A stretch of 63,913 bases of DNA, counting the filler, from Octopus bimaculoides (taxonomy: Eukaryota): the NCBI RefSeq assembly GCF_001194135.2. It is 7 parts of 7 records of this genome, joined end to end, with 100 filler letters (N's around TTAATTAATTAA, not from the genome) between each part and the next. Parts side by side here need not be neighbours in the genome. Positions count along the whole stretch, not along the records: positions 37,637 to 58,439 come from NC_068991.1; positions 58,540 to 62,515 come from NW_026372796.1; positions 62,616 to 63,913 come from NW_026397177.1; 4 more parts are not named here. The stretch is one strand, 5' to 3'. Positions 51,701 to 63,659 of this stretch are shown one piece after another. Numbering within the stretch: position 1 is the stretch's first letter; every line of letters starts with the position of its first letter. The notes below the pieces were generated by a model, which saw nothing but the letters and a program-made list of their open reading frames with translations, did not search any database and was not told the DNA's origin. Both the position numbers and the translations under genes were made by a program.

Positions 51701-53079
51701 ATTAGAAATATTTTGGATTGGGTTAATGTTTTAAAGGAGGACAGGGAAAAACATGTTTATAATAGTAAAAGGTTGGTTAAATGTTCTAACCGTTGCTTTG
51801 GTAAACGGAGTGAGGTTTTGAGAAAGCATGGAATGATCTCTCAAGTATACAGTTGAACCTGATAAAGAGGGTTAATCTTCTTTAACCTAGGTAAGTTAAA
51901 ATTACTGTTTAAAAATTTGGGGGCAGGTTGTCATTCACTGTTGTGTACAATGTCACTTCTGCTGGGTAGGTGTAATTTATGTTGATGCTGCTACTTCCGT
52001 TTGTGCTGTTGTTGGCGTTTGTGTTGGTGTTGGCGTCGTTAAAATTACTGTTAATGTTGCTAGCGCAGTTAAAAGAGACTTAGAGATTGTGTCTGTTGAA
52101 TATGGGCAAAGTGCTTAGCTACTAGGCTAACGGATATCCAACCGACACACGTTTTTACGCTGAGTGAGAGAGGGGTGCAAATCAAACGATGTTTCGGCCC
52201 TGCTTCCTTCTTTGTGTGTTAAAGCTCGGCATGTACGAGATACGGTCCCTGAACCCATGGTACAGTTTAATTTGTGTATACAAATTTAATTTGTGATCCA
52301 TGGGAAGAGCCAGTTTAACGATGCGTCCTACCCTACTGTTCGAAACGCCTGTGTTAGAAAGGGGGTAGCTGATGAAGGAAAATGTTCTCTATGTGGCCTC
52401 TGTGTGTTCTGTACTCTGGTTATTATTATTTTTTTGTCTACGTTTTGTTTGCAATGTCCTGTACCCAGATATGCACCTATATATACAGGTAGACGTAGAT
52501 ATGCACATACCTGTACGTATATATGCATATANNNNNNNNNNNNNNNNNNNNNNNNNNNNNNNNNNNNNNNNNNNNNNNNNNNNNNNNNNNNNNNNNNNNN
52601 NNNNNNNNNNNNNNNNNNNNNNNNNNNNNNNNNNNNNNNNNNNNNNNNNNNNNNNNNNNNNNNNNNNNNNNNNNNNNNNNNNNNNNNNNNNNNNNNNNNN
52701 NNNNNNNNNNNNNNNNNNNNNNATATATATATATATATATATATAAAACAAATAATATATATATATATCCCGGAAACAGCTGTAAGACCTCTTTATAATT
52801 GTCCTGAAAACTATTCACAGCCTTGGATTTTTTATCTCATTTTGTTAATTTTTATATATATGCTTGCTAATACACGATCTACTTTGGATTCCTCATTCGT
52901 ATCATTATTTAACCTGGAGCTTAACTATAGTCTGTCCATAGCACTTACTCATCTTTACCTGACACCTTTGGGTCTTCTTGACACCAATACCTTACCTCAC
53001 ATACCACATATATATATAATTAAGGGTAATTTGAGTTGCTCCCAAATAACGAGCTTGTTGACTGTTTAATTTTATTGCA

Positions 53080-53159
<80 letters not shown>

Positions 53160-53163
53160 TCTT

Positions 53164-53385
53164 CGTAAGGTGGTGAGCTGGCAGAATCGTTAGCACGCCG
53201 GGAAAACTTCTTAGCGGTATCTCGTCTGAGTTAAAATTCCGCCGATGTTTATTTTGCCTTTTATCCTTTGGGAGTCGTTGAAATAAGTACCAGTTACTCA
53301 CTGGGGGTCGATATAATCAACTAGCCCCCTTCCCAAAATATTTCAAGACCTTGTGCCTAGAATAGAAATCATTATTTAGTCTCTT
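53164..53385 (+). mobile_element. MetaSINE-type SINE
   Basis: AAGGTGGTGAGCTGGCAGAATCGTTAGCACGCCGGG..GCCTTTTATCCTTTGGGAGTCGTTGAAATAAGTACCAGT..CCTTGTGCCTAGAATAGAAA. Confidence 0.8.
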
Positions 53386-54238
53386 TGTAATAAGGACGTG
53401 TTATTAGATATTTGTTTTAATTATAGATATATTTACACATACACATATATATTTATATATATATATATTGCTTTAATTTAATTTAACACTATTTCTCTTT
53501 TTTTTATTTTATTGTTCTACTTTTTTATAAGCAATTTATTTGCTTAATATATTTCGGTGTAGAACTTGTTTTATAGATATTAATGTTAGCGTGTCTTTTT
53601 CCTTGTACATTGCCCGAGGACATTGTTTAAGAGATGTACCGCTCTGCTAATCTATATTAGGCTTGTTTTTAGTGTCGTATCATGTAGGTGATGTGATGTT
53701 GATTGAGAAACAAAATATCAAGTAGTCTGTGTTTGTTAATTGATTGAATGTCATTTTTGAAATTCGTTCTTTGCTACAAGTATTATTTTGTAACCATAAG
53801 TTATCACACTTTGTTTATTAATGTTGTTACTTCTAGTAATAAGTTGTTTCCTTGACAGTGTTACTATTTTTATAATGTTGACAGATTGAATGGTGTCGAA
53901 AACATAGTGATTCCGTTTGGAAGCTGATGGTGGGAATACACATTTGTTACACTTAACTGAATTTCTTATATCGTAGTCTCGTTACTCTGAGTTGGTCTAT
54001 AGTTTTGTAATATGAAGTGTTTGTAGGTTCATATGTGGGGATCACTTACGCTGGTATTGTTTGGTTTTCTTCACAGGTAATCTAAATAGGCTTAGATAAT
54101 GCTTAGATATGAGTTTTGAGAAATTCCACTATATANNNNNNNNNNNNNNNNNNNNNNNNNNNNNNNNNNNNNNNNNNNNNNNNNNNNNNNNNNNNNNNNN
54201 NNNNNNNNNNNNNNNNNNNNNNNNNNNNNNNNNNNAGA

Positions 54239-54283
<45 letters not shown>

Positions 54284-54513
54284 TGGCAGACACATACATG
54301 CATGCATACATACATACATGCATACATACATGCATGCATGCATACATACATACATACATACACATACATACATACATACAAACACATACATACATACATA
54401 CATACATGTATGTATCTTTATCTTCGATGATTTATATGAAAGTAAAATGAATGAAGAAAAACTAGGTTGATAAATAAAACTGTAACACAAGAAAAATAAT
54501 ACAATATTAAAGC

Positions 54514-54519
54514 TTTATT
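54514..54519 (-). promoter_or_regulatory. Candidate polyadenylation signal of CYP copy 2
   Basis: AATAAA on the minus strand about 255 nt after the stop, at a position equivalent to copy 1. Confidence 0.5.
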
Positions 54520-54775
54520 GACAAAGTCCGACATTAATATTACCATAGCTGTCGCTGTTATTCTGTCTGTTCTATCATCTAAATTTTATGAAGTATATGA
54601 GTAGGTATTATTACACAGATATTACCATGTATCTTCTAGGTGAATATAATACCATCATGGAATCTTGACTTAAATGGAGTGTTCTTGTGTTTGGCTGCTT
54701 CAAAGTAGCATACTTTTTACGGTATACCCAGTGTATTCTAAAGAGATGCTCTCAAACCTACAAGACAAATGTTTC

Positions 54776-54954
54776 TTACAGTGGTATTGCACGGATATTA
54801 TTTTTCACTGGAACATAAGTAATTCCTGATTGTCTGCCTTCCATTGTCATTGGTGTTTCGTCAGGACTTTCCAACTTAAATTTTTGTAAGATGTTTGAAA
54901 AAGCTATGAAAGATTCGATATTGACTAGTGATACTCCTGCACATATTCTGGGAC
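54776..54954 (-). CDS. CYP2-like: CYP2-like copy 2: terminal heme-binding exon (179 bp including TAA)
   Basis: ttgtag acceptor; GPRICAGVSLVNIESFIAFSNILQKFKLESPDETPMTMEGRQSGITYVPVKNNIRAIPL*; same length and phase as copy 1. Confidence 0.95.
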
Positions 54955-55578
54955 CTACAAATAATATAGATGATTTAAATTAAATAATATGATTACATGT
55001 GATACAATAGAATAGAGTGATGAAATTTTGATAAAATATAATTAAATGATTAGCTTGCCAATTAAACATCGAGTATGTTTAAATAGGAAACTCTTATAAA
55101 ATTTCGGTGACCAAAATATATTTGAAGGAATTTTTATAAATAAATAAGATGGCATAAAGAGGTAAAGTTTTGCGAATAGAATGCAGGTTCATTTTAAGAG
55201 AATAAAAGATCAAAGAAGCAAAATAGTACTAATATTTATTTTATTGACCCCAAAGTGGTGAATGCTAACAATTTCCAAAGCAAGGCTTGAACTAGGACGA
55301 TGTAGTTAAACAGACATGTATTTACACTTGTACTTTACAGTCTTTTGCACATATCAAGCTAATAGATAATGCTTTGGCTTTTATACAGACCGAACTGAGT
55401 GATATTTTGTTGAGTTTTCAACCCATTAGATACAATATCTAAATCTCCTTCAAGTGATACACGGCGAAGGTAACATTGAATAATATTATTGTTACTACCT
55501 CCAAATCGAGATGGTAACAACTGAAATACTTTTGAACATAGGTCTACTTTATCATTAAAATATATTTGCAATACTTAC

Positions 55579-55785
55579 CCAAAGAGAAAGGCATATAAGC
55601 CTCATTTTTCTTTAACTTATTATTTTCTCCAATCCATCTTTCAGGTCGGAATTCATCTGGATTATCCCAATAATTCGGATCATAATGAGCAGCCATTAAC
55701 ATGAATTGGACAACGGTATTTTTTGGAATATCATAACCTCCTAGTGTTGTGTCTACCTCAGAGGCATGTGGAACAGTGAGTGGAG
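55579..55785 (-). CDS. CYP2-like: CYP2-like copy 2: beta-sheet/meander exon (207 bp)
   Basis: taacag acceptor and gtaagt donor; APLTVPHASEVDTTLGGYDIPKNT..FRPERW..YMPFSL(G). Confidence 0.95.
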
Positions 55786-56275
55786 CTGTTAAAAGAATTT
55801 TTCTCAACGTTAACAATGCTGAGATAAGGGATAACTTGAAACAGATTGTTTTACTATTGTCATAAGACAGTAAATTTGGAGATTTTGCTTACGCAATACT
55901 GTCGCAAAAGAATTGGGTTTCTTGTTAGGAAGCATTCAATTGATGTAATATTGTAATGTTACAACAGGAGTTTGATGTGATATAATATGATGGCACAACA
56001 CATTTTAGCCTGCATTGATATAACATAAATGTTTACTTCTTTGAAATATTCTTGTCCTATTTTTCTTTTTTTTTTATTGGCAATATTGAACATATGTAGA
56101 ATTTCATTTAAATATGGACGGAATTATTTTGATATCTATAACATTTTCACACCGTTTTCTGCTAAAATTATTTCGTAACTGATTGACAAATCCTTTTGTC
56201 ATAGAAGACCACTAACTATAAGATGTGAAGTATCTTTTTGCTTTAACTACACGATTTATGTTACAGCTTACTTAC

Positions 56276-56372
56276 CAACTGGAGCAATTCTCTGAACCTC
56301 AAGTAGAGTTGCTGCAACGTATGTCATGTGTCGTTTGTCTTCCATTGTGACAGGTCTGTTCAGATTTGTGAT
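56276..56372 (-). CDS. CYP2-like: CYP2-like copy 2: J/K-helix exon (97 bp)
   Basis: tttcag acceptor and gtaagt donor; ITNLNRPVTMEDKRHMTYVAATLLEVQRIAPV. Confidence 0.95.
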
Positions 56373-57189
56373 CTGAAATAGATAATCCATTACAATGGAG
56401 TTATATATATGCATGCAAAATAAATGCAATAAGCAGTAAAAGAAAAATATGAGAGAAAATAGAAGGGACCTGGTTTAACAAAAACTCATTAGCTTGGCGC
56501 TTAAAAGAAAGGAGAATCTTTACGTTTTGAACACAATTTCAAATTTAATTAGCATGTATAACATAAACCTGCCTCTAAGAAACAGAGATATCCCTACGCC
56601 AATATCGTAAAAAGTTATTGTATGAATTAGAAGTTCAGTATCAAATAGTGACCAGCTGTTTCATGTCAACGTAGGAATCTTCTATTTATATTTTGTACGT
56701 TTGGTTTGGCGGTTCGTCTCTTTTTAGTGGTGATGCATGTTTAGGTTTGTGGAAGTTTGTCGCCATTTTTACTTGTTAATGTTGGTCTTTTATGTTATAT
56801 ATATTCGTGTACGTTCGTGTCTGTGTGTTAGTTTGGACAACAAAGATTTTTGGCCGTGTAAAACAGATGTACACGGATAGTATCTAATAGTAATTTCACT
56901 CAATAAAGGTAGGTGTAATTCAAGATAAATTTTAATTAGCTGCTAATTTAGAGATCATTGGAGTTATTGAGGTTGAGAGGTGTTATTGTTATAAGGGGGA
57001 GATAATGAATTGAGGGACACTGTTTGATTGAAAGATTAATGCATGTGTGGTGGGGTGCATGCGTTGAGATAAGGATTCATTGTGTCGGAAAGTTGGTGAT
57101 ATCTTACAGATGATCTTTGTTTGGACTAAATATACACACGTACACACACATTCACCGGCAAACATACAGAGCCACATAAGAAATCAATG

Positions 57190-57610
57190 CATACACAAAT
57201 ACAAGCACCAGTCCTGATGTTATTCCTTCCTACCCTAAAATATTGCACCAAGATCTAGCTCCTATACTTATCGAACTCCTTAATTTGTTTCTCTCGATGG
57301 GACGCTTCCCTGATTTTTTTTTAAATACCCTAACGTGTGTTCTATCCTCAAGAAAGGCAATTGTTTTAAGTCTGACAACTATCGTCCTGTACATTCTTAA
57401 TGCATCTACAACAATGACGGCAGCCACAAACTATGCTTTCCTCCAGCATATTAAATCTTTGTCTCCTGATGAACACACGTACGGTTTTCGTAAAGCCAGA
57501 TTTCCTGGTGGTGTACTTTCTTCTGTCACTCATCAGACAAATTTGTAGGAAGCAATGTTGCTACCCTCGACATCAGCAAAGCTTCTAAGTGTATCTAACG
57601 CGTAAATCCC
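57190..57610 (+). mobile_element. CR1/L2/Jockey-group LINE RT N-terminal fragment, degenerate
   Basis: SPDVIP..DLAPILIELLNLFLSMGRFP; ILKKG..SDNYRP; YGFRK; TLDISKA; frameshifted. Confidence 0.75.
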
Positions 57611-58397
57611 CTTCTGAAATTGTCTTTCCTTGTTTAGCGCACCTCACACCGTCGTCTGGTGTAACACCACAATGTCGTATATGTAATTTTTATTCTTCTT
57701 CTGTAGACATTTTCATCTACAAGTAGCCTTGATTCTTAATAGCAGATTTGCATTGCCATGACAGACAGAGACATCATTTGACATCTATAATTATATAATG
57801 TATCCATGAATGGCGGTTGTTCTGCACAAAGAAGAAATCATTCACTAACATCGCGCAATACATTTATTACAATGTCATTTCCATCTTGGAATTTCCAAGC
57901 GGCATCTCACACATACTTCATAAACTCGTTTCCCTTTCACTCGATATGTGTACTCTGTGTATGTGTGTGTATGTGCATGTGTGTGAACTTTACTTCCACG
58001 ATTTCATTGCTTACGTCAGCTTAGAGATTATTTAGCTGGACATCAACAGTATTAATTTCACCAATCTAGAACAGTCATAAAATTTGTTCCTTCCCCGCTG
58101 AGCATCTAATGAAAAAGAGAAGTTATCCACAAAATAGCTACCTACAACAAGAACTGAACACAGTAGTACAGTGGTAGTTAAAAATGTTTCATTTTTTAAA
58201 TCTGTTACTTGTTTCAGTCATTAGACTGCAGCCATGATGGGATTACTGCCTTGAAGAGTTTTTAGACGAACGAATCGATTCAGTACTTTTTTAAAACCTG
58301 GTACTTATTATATCGGTCTTTATTGCCGAATCGTTAATTTAAGAGGAGTTAAACAAGCCAATACCAGTTGTGAAACGGTGATGGGAGACAGACAGAG

Positions 58398-58432
<35 letters not shown>

Positions 58433-59407
58433 TATATATNNNNNNNNNNNNNNNNNNNNNNNNNNNNNNNNNNNNNNNNNNNNTTAATTAATTAANNNNN
58501 NNNNNNNNNNNNNNNNNNNNNNNNNNNNNNNNNNNNNNNTCTCTCTCTTCTTCTCTCTCTTTCTCTCCCTCTTTTTTCTGTCGCCTCCTTCACCCCCTAT
58601 CTCTCTTTCTCTCTCTCTCTCCCCCTTTTTCTGTCGCTCTCTCTTCACTCCTCTCTCGTTCTTTCTCTCTCTGCATGTGCATATTTCTGCATGCGCCTGA
58701 ATGTGTATGTGTGTCTGTCTGTTGACCTCTAGTGCCAAAAAGCACTATCAACAAAACATGTTGAATATCCAGTCAGCTGCGCCAAAGCGCCAGTGTCAGA
58801 ACAGCTACACCCAGTAGTCTCAAGTCTCGTTCACGTCACAAAACTTATTTCTCTCACCAATATTGTATCAAAAATGGATCAAAAGGAAAACAAACAAACA
58901 AACGAACATGCCTACCTGTCTTAGCGCAATATAATGTAAAAATTTATCCAAGTTTATAGTAAAACCATCCTCCCAGCAAAGGTAAAATCCATAGATACCT
59001 GCACACACCTGCACAGGTAACTATATTGTAGATAATCCAGTTGTGAACACGGAGTGGGGGTGGGAAGGGGGTGAGTACTCTTGTTGGTTCACGTCCACCG
59101 CCACCACCACCGCCGCCACCCCTCCCCAAACTGCCGCGAATAAGATTTAAAAGATTCCATGAGAGTGAAGTAAAATCCAGAAACATCACAAGACAAAAAA
59201 CGGTGAAACGTTTTCGGTCGAAGTTTTCCGCCATTTTGTCATCAATCTGGAAAGAGAAAAAAAAAGAAGAATGAATGAAATAAAGAAAATCAATACAAAA
59301 AAAATATATAAAAATCTTTCAAATGATATTAAACAGTATGAACACACACATACACACACACACGCATACACACAGAGATACACACACACACACACACACA
59401 CACATAT

Positions 59408-59612
59408 TCTTTTACTTGTTTCAGTCATTTTGACTGCGGCCATGCTGGAGCGCCGCTTTTAGTCTAACGAATCTACCCCCAGGACTAGTATTTATTATAT
59501 CGGATCTCTTTTGCCGAACCGCTACGTTACGAGGACGTAAACACACCAACATCGGTTGACAAACGATGGTAGAGGGACAAACACAGACACACAAACACAC
59601 ACACACACACAC

Positions 59613-59673
<61 letters not shown>

Positions 59674-59847
59674 TATATATATATAGATAGATGCATAAAT
59701 ACATACATAAATATATATGACAGGTTTCTTTCAGTTTCCGTCAACCGAATGCACTCGCAAGGGTTTGGTCGGCCCGAGGCTATCGTAGAAGACACTTGCC
59801 GAAAGTGCCATGCAGTGGGACTGAACCCGGAACCATGTGGTTGGGAA
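59408..59847 (-). mobile_element. SINE family A copy (head truncated by a tandem array)
   Basis: TTTTACTTGTTTCAGTCATTTTGACTGCGGCCATGCTGGAGC..CAGTGGGACTGAACCCGGAACCATGTGG. Confidence 0.85.
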
Positions 59848-60111
59848 CCTCTACATAGTAGCTTGACGTGTTGGACATAGCAACCAAATCTCCCTCAAAT
59901 CACACCCTACTCTCTTATCTATGTATATATGTATGTATGAGCCAATGAGGGAGGCCTCTACATGGTAGCTAGACCTGCTAGAAATAGCAGCCAAATCTCC
60001 CTCAAATCACACCCTACTCTCTTATCTATGTACATATGTATGTATGAGTCAATGAGGGAGGCCTCTACATGGTCGCTAGATTTACTAGAAATAGCAGCCA
60101 AATCTTCCTCA
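59848..60111. repeat. 107-bp tandem repeat, at least 2.5 copies, running into a gap
   Basis: Units start at 59848, 59955 and 60062 (CCTCTACAT..TAGAAATAGCAGCCAAATCTCCCTCAAATCACACCCTAC..). Confidence 0.85.
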
Positions 60112-60401
60112 NNNNNNNNNNNNNNNNNNNNNNNNNNNNNNNNNNNNNNNNNNNNNNNNNNNNNNNNNNNNNNNNNNNNNNNNNNNNNNNNNNNNNNNNN
60201 NNNNNNNNNNNNNNNNNNNNNNNNNNNNNNNNNNNNNNNNNNNNNNNNNNNNNNNNNNNNNNNNNNNNNNNNNNNNNNNNNNNNNNNNNNNNNNNNNNNN
60301 NNNNNNNNNNNNNNNNNNNNNNNNNNNNNNNNNNNNNNNNNNNNNNNNNNNNNNNNNNNNNNNNNNNNNNNNNNNNNNNNNNNNNNNNNNNNNNNNNNNN
60401 N

Positions 60402-60462
<61 letters not shown>

Positions 60463-61317
60463 CGCATGATCCAACGATGAAGACCTTTATATGGAAGCTA
60501 GACGTTTTGGAAAAAGCAGCCAAGCTCTACTGAATAACACCCTGTTGTATATATACAACGTTTGATTACATATAAAACAGACTTTATGCGAAATTAGAGC
60601 CTCACAGAAGCTTTAATGCGTAGATCAAATATCAAATATTATTATATTATCATATATTATCATATATTATCATATATTGTACAAGCTGATTAGGAGACTG
60701 ACTGCTCTTTTCAGCCAACATCTTCCGTTTGGATCGACTTTGCTGATTATGCTGAAGTACCGAGAGAAGGGAGATAACTAGTGAGTGCTTGGATATAATA
60801 TAGGACTTATTAGAGATTGCTGGCTGATTACGTCCCTTGAATCATTTGTGTGTGTGTATATGCGTGTATGTATGAGAGAGGGTGCATGTGTATGTGTATG
60901 TGTTTCCGTTTGTGTGTGTGTATGCGTGTGCGCGTAAGTTAAGTGTGTGTGTATAAGAGTGTGTGTAAATGTACGTGTTAGTTCGTGCTTGTGCGTGCGT
61001 GTGCATATGTGCGTTTGTTCGTGTTTGCACGTGTGAGTGTGTGTGTGAGTGTCTGTGTGTGTGTGTGTGTGCGTGTGTTCGTTTATATGCATGCGTGCGT
61101 GTGTTTCAGTGTACGTGCGTTTCTGTGTTTGTGTGTAAGCGTGTGTGTGTGTGTGTGTGTGTGTGTGCGTTTGTGTGCGTTCGCGCGTGCGTGCGTTCGT
61201 GTGTGTGTGTATGTCTGTGCATGTGTAAGTGTGTGTGTGTGTGAATGTTTACGTGTGTAGGTGTGTGCGTATGTGTCAAGGTGTGTGTGTGTGCGTTCCT
61301 TTGTCAACACACATGTC

Positions 61318-61367
<50 letters not shown>

Positions 61368-61489
61368 TGAACGCAAGTATGACTGACAAGATAATTTTCC
61401 AAATTCCATTCCCAAACCACAAGATCCCTGGTTCGTCTCACTTCGTGGCCACCACAGTATTTTAAGGTGACCTGAAAAACGTTTTGCTT

Positions 61490-61702
61490 ACGTTGTATGT
61501 TGTTGGCACTCGGTCGCTTACGACGTCGAGGGGTCCCAGTTGATCCGATCAACGGAACAGCTCTGCTCGAGAATTTAACGTGCAAGTGGCCGAGCACTCC
61601 ACAGACACGTGTACAAAATAAACTATGAGGTCAATTCCGTTAGATTAAAAACAATTCTTCAAGGCTGTGTGCCCCGGCATGGCCGCAGTCTTAATAACTG
61701 CA

Positions 61703-61743
<41 letters not shown>

Positions 61744-61925
61744 GGTACTCCGTCGCTTACGACGACGAGGGTTCCAGTTGATCCGATCAACGGAAACAGC
61801 CTGCTCGTGAAATTAACGTGCAAGTGGCTGAGCACTCCACAGACACGTGTACCCTTAACGTAGTTCTCGGGGGTGGATTCAGCGTGACACGGCGTGTGAC
61901 AAGGCTGACCCCTTTGAATTACAGG
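61490..61925 (-). mobile_element. Two OK/OR-type SINE 3' fragments (about 61490-61610 and 61740-61925)
   Basis: GTTGGCACTCGGTCGCTTACGACGTCGAGGG and GTTGGTACTCCGTCGCTTACGACGACGAGGG..AAGGCTGACCCCTTTGAATTACAGG. Confidence 0.8.
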
Positions 61926-63119
61926 CTTTCGTTGTTTTATTGGTATTTATTGCGAGACGCAACTAGTTTTCTTTCTCTAACATTTTAAATAGTTCAAACG
62001 ACACAAGTTAATGTGTGAGAAACGAAATAGAGGGACTTTGAAAGAAGTATACTAAAAAATTAGTCTTTAGACATTGACTGGCTATGAAGGGTCTACCAGG
62101 ATAGAATAATTATGAAAGGGATCCAGAGATTTTTTTTAAATGGTTGACAAATCCCAGGTCTATGCGGTTGCAATGCTAAGAATTGTATGAAAGGGAAGTA
62201 ATTCGATTGAACACTAAATTACCTCCCCTGATTATGTAGATGCCGACTCAAGAAAACATTTGTAAAGAAATCTTAAACGAAAACTTGACTTAGTAACGGG
62301 TCACATTTACCTCCCTTGTTTAAAGATTCAATAGGTTATCTCCCTTGTCATTGCGAGCCTGTCGTCTGTTTTGTTCGATTTTTTTTTTAGTCTCTTTTTA
62401 ATGTTACTTGTTTCAGTAATTTGACTGCGGCCATGCTGGGGCAACCCCTTGAATGATTTACTCGGAAAATATCGATCACACTGCTTATATATTTTTTTCA
62501 TTGTCTCTAAGCCCTNNNNNNNNNNNNNNNNNNNNNNNNNNNNNNNNNNNNNNNNNNNNTTAATTAATTAANNNNNNNNNNNNNNNNNNNNNNNNNNNNN
62601 NNNNNNNNNNNNNNNTATATATATATATATATACACACACACAACAGGCTTCCACACAGTTTCCATCTACTAAATTCACTCACAAGTCTAAAGCAGAAGG
62701 CACTTTCTCAAGGTGCTGTGCAGAAGGACTGAACCCAAAAATCATGTGGTTGCAAAACAAGCTTCTTAACTACACATCCATATCTATATATATGACTGAG
62801 TAGTTAAAAAGTTTACTTCAGAAGTCATGGGTTCAGTCTCATTGTGAGGTATCTTGGGCATGTGTCTTTATCATGGTCTTAGACTGAGAAGGAAACTGGG
62901 CAGATAGAAACAGCAGAGAAGTCTGTTAGATTGTATTTGTAATTCAAAGGGCCAGCCTTGTCACTCAATGTCTCACTGTTTCTATTTGGGAACTATATTA
63001 AGGACAGACATGTCTCTGGAATACTCAGCCATTTTGAATTCCAATTCAATGAGTAGCTTGTTCAGTTGATCAAACAACTGGAGGCTCATACGTCAAAATG
63101 GAAGGGAGAGTCTATCATC

Positions 63120-63186
<67 letters not shown>

Positions 63187-63659
63187 GTGTTGGAATAGCT
63201 GTGTAGTCAAAAAGTTCTCTTACCACTCTTGTTGTTTTGGGCTCAGTCCTACTGCCAAGCACTCTGAGCAAGTGACTTCTACTATAGTCCTGGGCCAAAC
63301 AAAATCTTGTGAGTGAATTTGGTAGATAGAAACTGAAGGAGGTGCCTTTGACTTAACATTGCTAGAAAAGCTCAGTCAATCAAGTTAGCAGTGTTTTTGC
63401 TTCTGTTCTTGTTTTCAGTATGATAGTGATATCCTCCCTAAGGACACAGCAATGACAGTGTCAACCATGTACTGTTGGGGTAAGGGTATAAGACTGAATA
63501 AGAAAGACTGAATAAGATGTGAATAGTGAAGTTAGATCTCAGGTCAATGAAACTTTCAAATGAAACGAATAAAGACTCACAAAATGCAATTTATATGTTA
63601 TTATTTATAGCTTTATGTGCTTTGAGATCCACTGTTCCAAAGAATTAGGGTAAAAGGTA

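Noticed and set aside
59848-60111. Repeat array superficially like CRISPR
   Set aside because: Whole units are repeated without unique spacers; eukaryotic context with no cas genes.
1209-61415. Most supplied ORFs (poly-X, CVCV, HTHT, IYLS, YIYI, RERE)
   Set aside because: Translations of N gaps and microsatellites.
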